Shown one piece after another: positions 1 through 11,857 of a stretch of DNA of 64,000 nucleotides (positions within the stretch are counted from its first letter, which is position 1; every line of letters begins with the position of its first letter). The DNA is from Marsupella aquatica (Eukaryota > Plantae > Marchantiophyta). The DNA lies in the NCBI GenBank assembly GCA_973895155.1, contig OZ316891.1, forward strand, positions 8,681,875 through 8,745,874, read 5' to 3'. A program made the position numbers and the translations under genes. Below the pieces are notes generated by a model. It had not been told where the DNA came from, did not search any database, and was given only the letters and a program-made list of their open reading frames with translations.

Positions 1-840
1 TTGCTTCAAGAACGGCCCAGACTCGCTACAAGAACATGACATTAACTCAAGTAGTACACTAGCCCTAACTATATACTAGCAGACATGCGAGGGACATGCC
101 GATGTGCACAAGAGGCACTGTCCCTCGGCATGACATAGTACCCATAAGTACTCAGAAAACCTTTATGGACGGATTGCACTTATTATCTGAACCAGGTTCG
201 ATCAGTTGATTTGACGGGGGCCTGAAATTCGCCCCACAAAGTATTGTCCAAAACTTTATTGTAAAAAATGGCCCTGTAACTTATTTGAAATTGTATTGTT
301 AGTACCGCATATTTTGACCCCATATGTTTTGGTTTTGGGCCTTAATACATAATTGTTTTTAGTGCAGCCCTCTTTGCATTGACAAAAACTGCAAAAAGGA
401 GCCACATGGTTGGGAGCTTGGGGGGGTGGGGTGGGGGAAGAACAGGATGCTTTGCAATTAGCCAGGTTTTGCACTTATGGACTGTGCACTTATTAAGAGC
501 TGACTGTACAAAGGGAGGGGGACAGTCTTTCCTTTCAGTGCACCTCAGAACTCAGCCGCACCTAAGTTACAGATTCAGGGTTAATCCCATACAGTCAGTG
601 CAAGTCTGGGACTGACTTGAAAAAATTAAGCAACAACAGGAGGCAGCATTGCCTTGGCCCATGAGGCAGGGGTTAAGGCCTAGTAACCTCCATCTCAATA
701 ACATGTCCCTTTTCCTTCCCTGCTCTCACCCCAATGCAGCAGGTACGTAGCATCAGCAGCAGCATTAATTCAGCAGAATCAGCAGTCTTGGTTTCTTTTT
801 GTTGTTTCAAATATTAGCAAGACTGAGACAACTAACCATA

Positions 841-1200
841 TTTGGTCAGTTGGCCAGGGGTTGATCCTAGAACAGAGAGGTCCCAGGTTCAAATCCCCCT
901 CCACATGCAAGGGTTTGTGGAGGGTACTAGTGTGTGTGTGTGTGTGGAGAGTAGTGGTGGGAGTCCTGGTTTCTCTTAAACCACCACTATCCACCAGGTT
1001 CTGGGAAGACAAAAAAGTGCACTTTATTATTTTCTTGAGAATATTATTCACTCATATTAGTAACCTGGATACACGGGTTTTTGCTTAGTGGATAGTGGCC
1101 TTTAAGCCCCTGGCTAGTCTGCTTTGGGGCCCTGGTTCAACCTCTCTCCCTCCTGGTATCCCCGTTGGATCCTTGGGTATGACCCCTTGTGGCTACCCTA
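841..1200 (+). mobile_element. Dispersed repeat with a tRNA-like (Pol III A/B box) head, SINE-like
   Basis: A-box-like TGGTCAGTTGG (843-853) and B-box GGTTCAAATCC (886-896). Related copies lie at ~58513-58615 and ~58778-58897, and the 1101-1200 segment resembles 59325-59427. Confidence 0.45.
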
Positions 1201-1213
1201 CAGAGGTGCATGC

Positions 1214-1354
1214 TCCCAAGTTGATAGTCTATCCTTGGATGGGTCCCTTTAGGTTTCAAGGGACCAAAAAATGAGTACCAAAAAGTTCCCAAGTTGATAG
1301 TCTATCCTATGTTGGATGGGCCCCCTTTAGGTTCCGAGGGACCAAAAAATGAGT
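1214..1354. repeat. Two-copy ~73-bp tandem duplication
   Basis: cccaagttgatagtctatcc...ttggatggg...ctttagg...gggaccaaaaaatgagta occurs twice. Confidence 0.8.
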
Positions 1355-1364
1355 AGAAAAAAAC

Positions 1365-2465
1365 TGGAGAGTCATTCGTTCCACTAGAATCGCCATTTTC
1401 TGGGTTTCTTTTCCTTGTCTTGAACATTGACCTCAGAACAGTACAAAGAGAGGGGAAGGGCGTTTCTCTTCACTAGAATCACGACTTTCACGGTTTCGTT
1501 TTCTTGTGCTGAACATTCGATCACAGAGAAGAACAGTACGTAGCGACTGGGAGAGTCTTTCATTTTTCAGTAGTAGAATTCCCACTTTCTGGGTTCCTTT
1601 TCCTGTCTTCAACATTTGACCGCAAAGTACCAAGCGACTGGGAAAGTCTTTCTGTTTTCAGTAGTAGAATTCCCACTTTCTGGGTTCGTTTTCCTTGTCT
1701 TGAACATTTGACCGCAAAGCAGAAACAGTGCAAAGAGAGGGGGCGAGCGTGTTCCTTTGAGTAGAATCACCACTCTTAGTTTCCTTTTCTTGTCGTGAAC
1801 ATTCGATCACAAAGAAGAACAGTACCAAGAGACGGGGAGAGCCTTTCCTTGCAGTAGAATTGTCACTTTCTGGGTTTCTTTTCTTCGTCTTGAACAATTG
1901 ACCGCAAAGCAATTGACGACATCCAAATTAGTACAAAGAGAGGGGGGATTGCGTTTCTCTTCAGTAAAAGCACTGCTTTCTTGGTTTCTTGTCTTGAGCA
2001 TTCGACCTTAAAGAAGAACTGTACCAAGCGACGGGGAAAGCGTTTCCTTTCAGTAGAATCACCAATTTCTTGGTTACTTGTCTTGAGCATTCGACCTTAA
2101 AGAAGAACCGTACCAAGAGACAGGGAGACCGTTTCCTTTCAGTAGAATCACCAATTTCTTGGTTACTGGTCTTGAACGTTCTGAAGAACAGTACAAAGAG
2201 AGTGGGAGAGTCTTTCCTTTCGGTAGACTTAACACTTTCTTGGTTTCTTGTTTTGAACGCTCGCCCTCAAAGACGAAGTGTACCGAGACTTTCTTGGTTT
2301 CTTGTTTTGAAACGCTCGACCTCAAAGAAGAAGCGTACCAAGAGACGGGGAGAGTCTTTCCTGGAGAGCGTTTTCCTTTCAGTCGGATCACCACTTTCAT
2401 AGTTTCTTTTTCTTGTCTTCAACATTCGGGCACAAAGAAGAAGATTACAAAGAGAAGGAGAGTCC
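1365..2465. repeat. Degenerate tandem repeat array, ~85-95-bp unit, ~12 copies
   Basis: Recurring unit cagtagaatcacca-tttcttggtttcttgtcttgaacattcgacc-aaagaagaacagtaccaagagacggggagagtctttccttt. The near-identical units starting at 2051 and 2140 are 89 bp apart. Confidence 0.9.
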
Positions 2466-2691
2466 GGAAGGCGTAATAGTTGTTTCTCCCCGAGTCAGGC
2501 AGGACGTGGATGCAATCGCGAAGACGGGGGAAGAGTAGGAACTGTAGAATTTCTTCGGTTTCTGTTGCCTGTAGTGAAATTCCGAAGGTTAGAGGTCTAC
2601 GAAAATCCAAAGGGGAGAATCAGCAAAGCCATCATCAAGTTATCTGTAGAGAATTTTCTTCGACGCTCGAAGGGCAGCAACGACTGGAACG

Positions 2692-3339
2692 ATGGATCAG
2701 TCTAGTCGGCTGGAGGAGTTTATTCACGGGGTCGGGAAGCTGGAAGGGGCTTCAAACTATCTCGTCTGGGCCTTCAGGGTCAAGCTTCTGCTGAAACTCG
2801 AAGAAGCGTGGTTCGTTGTTGAGAGGGAAGTCCCGAGTGATCAATACGGGAGTGATTCCCGACGGATTCAGGAGAAGAAGGACAGGGCGATGTATATTTT
2901 CGCAGTCACATTAAGCGAGTCTGCCACTATGTTGATCAGGAATCTCCGTGAGCCTGCTGCGGTCTGGGCCAAATTGAAAACTTCGTTTGAGGTAAGGTCC
3001 AGGACCTTACTGCGACAGTCGTCAGAGGTTTTCGCCGTGCTGCCTCTCCTATCTTCACCAGACACGAGTGACCATCAAGATGTGAATAGTTCCGCTCTGT
3101 TGAATACGCACGGCGCGGACTTGAGTAACGCCTCAGCACCAACGGAGCAGACTGAAATTCAGAGGAAAAAGAACCTAGCAATGGTTATTATCGTCGAATC
3201 GGTGCAAGACCATATCGTGCCGCTCATTATGGATCTCGACGATCCCGCTGAAGTGTGGGCCAGACTGAAATTTCTGTTTGAGCCTCAATCTACGCGAGCA
3301 CCGCCGAACCAGAGGTCGTCTGCTGCAGCCGCTGCATAA
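2692..3339 (+). CDS. Stand-alone Copia gag-derived protein (DUF4219 + duplicated UBN2/Retrotran_gag_2-like module)
   Basis: KLEGASNYLVWAFRVKLLLKLEEAWFVVE matches the Copia gag N-terminus. It is followed by KKDRAM...EPAAVWAKLKTSFE and a second copy RKKNLAM...DDPAEVWARLKFLFE. ATG-to-stop is intact (215 aa); no zinc knuckle, pol or LTR is seen. Confidence 0.7.
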   Translation: MDQSSRLEEFIHGVGKLEGASNYLVWAFRVKLLLKLEEAWFVVEREVPSDQYGSDSRRIQEKKDRAMYIFAVTLSESATMLIRNLREPAAVWAKLKTSFEVRSRTLLRQSSEVFAVLPLLSSPDTSDHQDVNSSALLNTHGADLSNASAPTEQTEIQRKKNLAMVIIVESVQDHIVPLIMDLDDPAEVWARLKFLFEPQSTRAPPNQRSSAAAAA

Positions 3340-4878
3340 TGCTAGAAGATAGGAGCCAAAACAGAAGGTTGAACATTAGACGATCGCGTCGAAAGTAGGA
3401 GTGTCATTTCTCAATCAGCTGGTTTAGGTTTCTCCAACGAAGGACAATGTGTGGGTGATTGGGCGGAAAGGTTGCTAGAATTGATAGTGGGGGTTGGCCA
3501 AATGTCTCTTGAGAACTCTAAAAATTTTGAGCTTTGCTGAGGTGAGCACATGCCTTGAAGGTTTTGATTCCCGTGGGCAATCGATTACTTTCATGGTAAC
3601 TCTTCATCCTAATCAGATTTTCTGATCTGGAAACAAAGCAGTGTACTTGAGAGGAACGACAAGCATTATGTAAAGGTTTTTTTTAATCAAAGTTGCCGTT
3701 TTTCCTGACTACTGTAGATCTCCACACAATCTTTTTCTTTGTTCACTGAAAGTATAGCATTCCAAGATGTTCGATTAGTCATGTGGCAGTACCCTACCAA
3801 TCACGGAGGCACAATTGCTGGTCTTCAGTCCCAGATTACAATACTCGAAATTGTCTGCATGTGGTGATGGCTAGGGCATTACAAGGTAGGGGCATCGTGA
3901 AGTCCCGAATCATATTGCCCCACTTTCTTCCACCGTATGGGATGGCCCACTATTTCAGACGCTGAGAATGGTCTTATCCACACACGGCTCTCAGGCTTAC
4001 ACGGAAGGACGCCACGAGGCAGCCATGCACCCCTTGATAATCTGCATGACCTTATGTGGAATGTCTGGGATCCCAAATATAGACAAAAGTAAACCTAACC
4101 CTTGTCCTTGTATGGTTTCATGGCCGAAACTGACGACCTCTTCCTACCTATATGCTACGGAGTGTAATATTTGGAATTAGAGATACTGTGGAATAAATGA
4201 ACTGTGGATATGGATATGGTTATGAATACTCTGCCGATTTGCAACATCTTCGTTAGTTCTATACGCAATTGTTCGATTGGTTGGGAACCAGAGTAACCAT
4301 CAGATTTTCGAAGAATCGCGACGGGGTTTGAAATATGAAGGCTTAAAGTTATGTCATTGAACGTAAATGTTTGCCATGCAGTAAATTCGAGGTTCCAAGG
4401 AGAATCTCCTGATTTGTCGAAGTTTTGAGTAGGACTGCGAGAAGAGATTAGTAGGAGTGGATTGAATGTCGAATCTCAACATGTCGTTTCTTTTGACTGT
4501 GAGCCGCATAGAGCACTTGATGGACGACGTCCTTTAGGGGTGTAAATAGGCACCCTGGGAAATGCATACTTGATGCAGGCAATGTAATGTGGATAAAGAA
4601 GGTGTCTACTGCAGTAGCGGTGATGCAAATGGACGACCCCTTCAGCAATCATATGAACTTCGCGTGCAATAAGGTCAATTATCTTGCTCACCCAAGACTT
4701 TGTTGCTAGGGATGAATGGCGCGAAGGAATGAATCGCACCCACCTCTAAGGGTGAAGAAGCGACTTAGACGGCATCAGCTGAGACGATCAGGTCCGGCTT
4801 TGAGAATCTTCTTTCATGCCAGAAGTCTCGCGAGGGAGGTAAACTGACAGAGACACTTGCTTGATCGCTCTCCATTCA

Positions 4879-6303
4879 ATGGCACCCAAAAAGGCAGACG
4901 CAGCTGCCAACCCTGCCTCACCCAAAGGAGGTAATAAGAAGGGAGAATTAGCACCAGCATCACCGCCAGGATCTCCTACCGCTGGTGGAAGCCAAAAAGG
5001 GGTACCGGCGTCAGAGAAAAGACCATCGTCTCCGATGAATGACAAAAAGGGTTCCCTAGCAGCAGCAGGAGATGCACAGAAAGAAGCTCAATCCTCAAAA
5101 GGATTTCCAACTCTTTCGTCTATCCCCTCTGTTCTCCCAGTTCCTCGTGGCGTCACGGACATGGTGCACCCAGAAGACGCAGAATTCCGAGAACGAGCAG
5201 CTGCCTCCACAATGGCGGACATTGCATCCCCCATTTCCACACTCTCATTCATGGCAGCCGGAGCATTGGCAGAGATTCACCGTGTCTTCAACCGGTGCGA
5301 CATGATGAAGCTAGACCCCTCGAAGAAAGTTGCCCGGGAAATTCTCTTGGCCAGGGGAAGGAAAATCGTCCTGCATGGTGTGGGACGAGAGGGCCTCATG
5401 ATGCGAGCGTTCACCATGCGCCTCTTCCATCTGGGCTTGCAAGCGAGCTGCTTAGGAGACATGACCTGCCCCAACATTGGCCCCGGGGACTTGTTCATCG
5501 CTAGCGCTGGCCCGGGAACATTCAGCAGCGTCAATGCTCTCATGATCACTGCCAAAGAAGCAGGTGCCAAAGTTCTTCTCGTCACGGCCCAGCCAGATGG
5601 AGACGCAGCCAAAATTGCCGATGAGGTTGCCTGGCTTCCAGCACAGACAATGAAGGATGAAGACCCGGAGGCCGGACAGCTGCCCGTGGACAGGCCGTGG
5701 GATCGGTACTCAATTCCAGGGAGGCCCATGGAGAAGCTCCACGCCTTCCACCGCTCATTCAATCCCACAGACATTCTCGACGAACCTCTCCCAGAATCTA
5801 ATCCTGCAATGGTCGACAAGAAGAAGAAGGAAGACTCAAAGGCGAAGGCGAAGAAGCAGCTAGAAGACGACATTGCTGCAGGGAAGGGGCCCAAGGATTA
5901 CTCCAAGATGATCAAGGAGAAGCAGGACAAGGCCAAAAGGGAGAAGGAAGAGAAAGAATCTAAGTCTCCCAAGAGTCCCAAAAGTCCCAAGTCTCCCACC
6001 GCAAAGAAGGGGGGCAAGGATGAGCCAAAGGGGGAACTGGGGGTTGGAGCATTGCCTGGTAAGGAAAAAACTCCTCACTACATGATACCACTGGAAGGAG
6101 GACACATTGATAGAGAGATCATTGTGGCTTGCAAAGGTGATCCAGAGTACATTTGCTTGCTTGCTGACAACAAGATTTTACCCATGGGAAGTGTTTACGA
6201 AGGTGCTTTGTACGTCCTGTTTGAGATTGTGACGTTTATCCTGCGGGTGAAGCTGGATGAGACACTCGATGGCATGTGTGCACGACACACCAATATGGAG
6301 TGA
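4879..6303 (+). CDS. SIS-domain sugar isomerase (6-phospho-3-hexuloisomerase/HxlB-like) with N-terminal extension and Lys-rich insertion
   Basis: Motifs IVLHGVGREGLMMRAFTMRLFHLG, GDMTCPNIGPGDLFIASAGPG, VLLVTAQP, LPAQTM, LPMGSVYEGALYVLFE and the C-terminal RHTNME. First ATG at 4879; intronless ORF. Confidence 0.88.
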   Translation: MAPKKADAAANPASPKGGNKKGELAPASPPGSPTAGGSQKGVPASEKRPSSPMNDKKGSLAAAGDAQKEAQSSKGFPTLSSIPSVLPVPRGVTDMVHPEDAEFRERAAASTMADIASPISTLSFMAAGALAEIHRVFNRCDMMKLDPSKKVAREILLARGRKIVLHGVGREGLMMRAFTMRLFHLGLQASCLGDMTCPNIGPGDLFIASAGPGTFSSVNALMITAKEAGAKVLLVTAQPDGDAAKIADEVAWLPAQTMKDEDPEAGQLPVDRPWDRYSIPGRPMEKLHAFHRSFNPTDILDEPLPESNPAMVDKKKKEDSKAKAKKQLEDDIAAGKGPKDYSKMIKEKQDKAKREKEEKESKSPKSPKSPKSPTAKKGGKDEPKGELGVGALPGKEKTPHYMIPLEGGHIDREIIVACKGDPEYICLLADNKILPMGSVYEGALYVLFEIVTFILRVKLDETLDGMCARHTNME

Positions 6304-8512
6304 CACCTCCTGCTGTAGTTGCCCTGTCTCGCTTGGCTGGGCAGCTAGACCACCCTTCAAGGTTGATCCGCACGAAGCCATAAGAAATGTTTTCTGGAAG
6401 GGCCATGAAGCCCGAAGAAATGTTTTTGCGAAGGGTCTATCTATGCGAGCACAAGTAGGAGAAGCTGTCTTTTGGATGGAGAACTGCGTGGTCATAGAAT
6501 TCATGTCATAATGAGAAGGAGATCTAAGGAAGTACAGTTCCTTTCGGAGATCAATTTGCAATCAAGAGTGGGGAGGGAGACGCCTCCAATGGCTTGTGGC
6601 CGGTTGGAAAATTCGCAACACAATTAATCCATTGGGCCATTATCTCTCAGCTTACGACAGGAGGAAAGTGTTCTTAAGCCTTGCACTGTGAACTCTGCTG
6701 GTCACCAACTTACAGGCTGTTGCTTGCTCCTTCGTTGAGCATGCTCTTCCTGATCAGGAATCCCCAAAGAAGACAACAAAGAATTATTTTGAGGCACTTT
6801 ATTCTATCAATAGCTGCTAGATTCAAGCATCTATATGTGATCTGTGGATGCAAACTTTTGAAGGCATTCATCTTTTGTAGTTTAGAGACTACGTCGCTCA
6901 TTCCAGGGGAGGTTGCTCTACTGCTGCGGAAAAGATTCTTATGTTCAAGGTTGATGTCAAGTATAGACCTTCGTTGGACCTTCAGTGTCATGAGTGAGGT
7001 AACGGCAGGATTATTGTATGTGTACGCTCCCATGGCGTCGCTGCTGAGGTTGTACAGCTAGATCATTGATTGCCTCAGTCATGGCCTGTATCACGAGCTA
7101 CTTCCGAGTCCATCTCGCGAGAAATTGAGAACTTGCTTCAAAGCCGGAATCATCAGTGGGCACCTTTTGTGGTGTCGTTCATAGCTTTGAACAGAACATG
7201 ATTATTTTGATAAGAATTTAAACTTCATAGAAACATTCTCTGATCACATTCTAAACTGTGGTACATAGAAATTACGGCAAAGAGAGAGAGGTGCTGCAGG
7301 TACGATGTAATGTCGTATAGAAACTCCGACCTGTTACATTGGAGCATTCCTCAACGTCCTGTTCGCCTTAACAGAGATGGACATGTAGATTGTGCCCCAA
7401 GCTGCCTCCTTAGTTTAGAATGACTTTACGGATGAAGCTAAATATCTTGTTGGCCGCATATCGATCGACAGGTTCCGGAGATGCCACCTAAAAAATCTTA
7501 TTGATTTAGATGTCATACATAAATTGAGCACCAATCCTGCCCAGACTTGGGACAAGCCCTTGCCTCCTATAACCTGGCACTCAATTTTGGTCTTCTCTCG
7601 TTAGCAAACACTGGTGGCAGCAATGTCACCTAGGCTCATCTGTAAAGGAGCTATCGTCTTCCAATCTCCAATAAATGCTGCTTACATTGGGACGTAGAAG
7701 CACCCTGCCTCTAAGAAACTCTGCTTCATTGAGCTTACTTTCCTTCCAAGACGGAAGTGGAAAAGTTGTCCGCTATCAAATTAAAGAATCTTCCTCCTGA
7801 CACGCCATCTCAGTTGGAGGCTCAAACACAATCCCAGACTCGATCTCAATTTCTTTCTGAAACGGACCTGTTCCATCAGCAAATGATAGACTCGATCTGG
7901 ATATTTAAAACATGTGATACTGCTGAGAAATATTCATAATGGATATTTGTATGGGTGCTACAACACCCACCAAGTGTAAACTTCTCTAGTGTTTCCCGAG
8001 CTCCTCGTCCTCATACTTGTCGTCAACAATACCCAACAATTGTAAACTTGTCGAGTTGTTTAGAGGAACACTTGAAAACTTTGCCTTAGAAACCTTCATG
8101 AGAAACTTGTCTAGTGCTTGACTATGAAACCGTCATGATGAACTACAGTCCCAACTAGTGCTTGACTAAAAAACCCACCACAATTGTTCTTTATTTTGTC
8201 GCCCTTTTGGTCACTTACACGTAAAGCAACTCATTTGTCTTTTCGTTTCGCAGCCCTGTATAGTGGCAGCTGCGTGCAAAACGACACGTTGTAAAACTTC
8301 AGCCCCACACACGAAATCTCTTTGCATATCTCGTGGATTCGCTCCTGACCGCCCGCTGTTGTTGGCCCATTATGAAGACTGATCTTCCACAGGAGTAAGT
8401 TGGCGTTGACGAAGAGATTGCCCAAAGCAGTTCTCGGAGATCCGGCTGTTGAGAAATTCGGTTCCACTTCGCGGCCATTAACTCGTAGATTTGTCGGGGT
8501 AAGTGAAACGGA

Positions 8513-8703
8513 ACATTGGTTAGGTGAATCGTCGTAACTCGAACGCGTTTCTCCTGGAGTAGTGTCAATCAAAATACAAGTGGGCAGACTGGTCGATTTC
8601 TTTGGGTAAGTGAGCCGTAACATTGGTTGGGGGAATCGTCATAGTTTGAAAAGCGTCCCTCCTGTAGTAGTGTCAATCAAAACACAAGTGGACATTTGGT
8701 CGT
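8513..8703. repeat. Imperfect ~108-bp-spaced duplication in the promoter of the PsaN-like gene
   Basis: cattggtt...gaatcgtc...ctcctg..gtagtgtcaatcaaaa.acaagtgg..a..tggtcg occurs twice. Confidence 0.7.
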
Positions 8704-8744
8704 AACTATTGGCAGAGAGAAGGGAGGGAAGCTAATCTGCAACG

Positions 8745-10926
8745 ATGCAGCTGTGCCTCACTCCCGTGGGATCTTTGAAGGCGTCATCCTCCTCACGTCT
8801 CCTCCGACACTCATCCGTCACTTGCAGATGCCAGCACCAGGCTTCTTCTACGGTTTCGGTGTCTAAAGCAGCTCCTAAAACATCTCTATCAGCAGAAATA
8901 TCGCCATCATGTAGAGTTGATGCGAATAAATCCAAGCTTGCCGCTATTCTGCTCCCAGTAGCGGCTGCCTGCGCTGTTTTCACAGCATGCCCTGCCCCAG
9001 GTACGTCAATCCCCTCAAGAACGCCACTCAGAGTTTTTGCAGTAGCTCGAGGTTTGACTTCGTAAGATGATTTTCCGCGGTTTGGCCATCTTGTCGTCTG
9101 TCAAACCTTTCAAGAGAGAGTCTGGCGCAATACTAATTATTTGTGGTACATGCTAGTATGCATATTCAGACATGGTGAAGGGCTTCTTCAATTTTTCAAT
9201 TTCCTCTAGTTTCTCTTGCCCCTTCCTTCTCAAATGAAATGAGTACTCTCTGAAAATCTGGTCCCTACTATGAGAATGATCATAAAGCATCCCTCGTTTG
9301 GATTTTGAGAAACTCTATCCAAGTCTTGATCGGCCACGAGTTTTCTATTGAGTAACGTTTTCGATGATTTTCTAGGTTACGTATGCTCCTCGGCTGGAAG
9401 GATTTTCTGATTTGCTCTCTCTCCCTGCGCAAAGCAAGCTAACATTTGAAGCCCAGTGTCGGCTGAACTAGGCCTTGTCTGGGACCTTAGACTACTGCAC
9501 AAGATCAGGATTTGTTGTGGAATTGCTGCTCTGGAATGGGAGTCTACTTGTTCATGATCTCTCAAAAAAACAAATCTCGCTTGTTCCATTTTGCAGTGGA
9601 GGCGGGAATTCTCTCAGGATCGACTGGTTTGGAGTCCTTCGAGCTCCCTTCGATTCCTGCACCTGACGTTCTGAAAAAGATTCAGGGTTTGCTTCTCAAC
9701 ACTAGGAATTAGTGTGTATGCTTGTCGTTACATATTGGAGACGCTTGGGATCCCTGCCGATTTAGCAATAAATATACTGGCTTAGTCTGGAAGAGTTCAC
9801 AAATTCTCACAGCATGCCATGGTCTGCTGGAACCCATTTTTGAGGATTTGCTTAGCCAATGTAGACCCAGTTTGACAATGACTGTACATCATTTCATATG
9901 TACACGTCATATACTGAATGGGCGCAAAAATTGAAGTTGCAGCGCAGTCCACCTTTGTCTTGTGTTCCTTGTTGGAAATCTAAGACCTGACTTGGATAGA
10001 CAAGTTATGGACACTGACGTGCTTTACATGTGTCGTTTTGGCAGAGGCAAATGTAGCCAAGTATAAAGCATTTGATGAGAACTTTAAGAAGTCACCATAT
10101 CTTCAAGGGCTGCTGAAAAAATCAAAAGAGAATGAAGCGATGTAATGCTTCTCCCTGTGAAGATCCTTGTTTTTTCCTGATTGTTGAAAAATGAAATTCT
10201 TGCTCTTGGCTACAGCCTCTTGGTGGGAAATTACAGGGTTCATAGATTTCTGTGTCTTCTTAAACGCAGGTCACCGTCGCGAAATTGAAGTCTGCATCCT
10301 TGATAGAAAAGCTGATGGATAGGCTCATCTTGTAGTTGGTTTCTTTCCAGAAAAGCTGATGGATAGGCTCATCTTGTAGTTGGTTTCTTTCCATCATGCT
10401 AGAACCATAAATTAAGTCATATAGAAGTCTGCACTCAAAAAGGGAAATTGTAATTGGAAATGTTGTTCTTTCTTTCCGGAAGCTCCGATGTGTGCTATCA
10501 CAACAGACCTAAAACTTGTTCTAAGACTGCCTGCATACAGCATTTTCTTGATCAGCTTAACAGATCAGGGTCTTTAGGTCGTCTAGTGCCCAGGGTTGTT
10601 TGTCACTTGACTGTGCGAACATTATCGGTACTCAAACACCAAAGCTTATCACGGCCTCTCGTAGGGAATTGTATGAGTTCATCTCAGAGGGCATATGGAA
10701 CCTTGGGTGCATTGAGTGGAGGCGCTAGTGATACAATTTGTATGATGGTGGGAAATTCTGATCAGCGATGGTTCCTTTGTGCAGGCACAAGAAGGAGATT
10801 GCAGACAAATACTGTGAGCGTGGTGCAGAATGGGGAGTCGGTGATTGTTCGCTCGTGGGATTGCCACAGGCGGACAAAGATGCGTTCTTTGAGAATTTAA
10901 GGAAAGGAAGAGAAAGTGGGAAATAG
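8745..10926 (+). CDS. Chloroplast thylakoid PsaN-like protein (At1g49975-type); exons 8745-9000, 9597-9686, 10045-10141, 10785-10926
   Basis: GT-AG introns with consistent phases join a transit peptide and hydrophobic AxA signal to VEAGILSGSTGLES..PAPDVLKKIQE, ANVAKYKAFDENFKKSPYLQGLLKKSKEN and KKEIADKYCERGAEWGVGDCS. Confidence 0.85.
10305..10392. repeat. Perfect 44-bp tandem duplication in intron 3
   Basis: agaaaagctgatggataggctcatcttgtagttggtttctttcc occurs twice. Confidence 0.9.
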
Positions 10927-11058
10927 TGCTGTAGATAATTAGATATGTGTTTAATTGGTGTGGAATAAGCTCTGTTCTGTTCAGCTTTGAATGTGAAACT
11001 GTACTTAATTAAGATCTCCTTTCTAAGCTACTCCTCACCGATATCGTTGAAGAACGTG

Positions 11059-11857
11059 TGTAATCGGCAAGTCAAGTTGGGCAACCGACCGTATGTTCAA
11101 CCTCACTTTGATCTTGCTAAGTTGTTATTGCCTTACTACCAGCACATACGAGCTGAGAATGCGATAAGATGTACTATCAAGTGCCTTGTTAGGCTGCTTC
11201 CTGTATGGCCCATGATAGAAGCCTTATCATATGCTCGGTTGAACCAAGGTCCGGTCCAGCTTTGTCATCCGACCTAAGCGTACAGAAAGACCCCACCCTC
11301 ACTATACGAAAGACTCTAAAACCTTGCCAGTCCTTGTACTTGGCAATTTCTTCCCAATCACCTTAGCATATTCTTCCTGTTTGAAGGTCAGCCCTCCCGT
11401 TCATATTTTAAACCAACGTTCGGTGACACTTGCTGAGAAACATGTCAGCCATGGTGTAAAATCCATCGGGTGACCTAAGGCTGGGACCCAAATAAACATT
11501 CACCGTTGTGGAAGAAGTAGGGCCTCCTCCTGCAGCGTTTAGCCAATTGTGTCAGTCATACCGATCGTGCCAACCCCGACAATCACTGTACATCGTTAAC
11601 CATTCGACCTATATATATCAAATACGCCCTTCCCATTCCTCTTTCTCATTTGTGATTACTTGGGAATTTCTCCCTCCTGCACCATTGAGGGTGATACTAT
11701 CGTTGAACGAGGAGTTTCGTATAAATTTCTTTGTGTTATACTTGTTCTTGTAATTCACATGTCATTGGTTCTATCTGTTGCACCGTTGAGGGTGATTCTG
11801 TAATTGAAAAACGTGTTCTGTGCGAATATATCTTTGAAATACTTCTCGTGATTTACA
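11059..11857 (+). mobile_element. Possible solo LTR remnant
   Basis: TGTAA...TTACA ends, with an internal TATA-rich stretch (~11610) followed by a pyrimidine tract as in LTRs. No matching TSD was found. Confidence 0.25.

Noticed and set aside
1365-2465. CRISPR-like array
   Set aside because: Units are homologous over their whole length with no unique spacers; the context is eukaryotic and there are no cas genes.
5277-5894. 205-aa minus-strand ORF
   Set aside because: It is an antisense shadow of the SIS gene.
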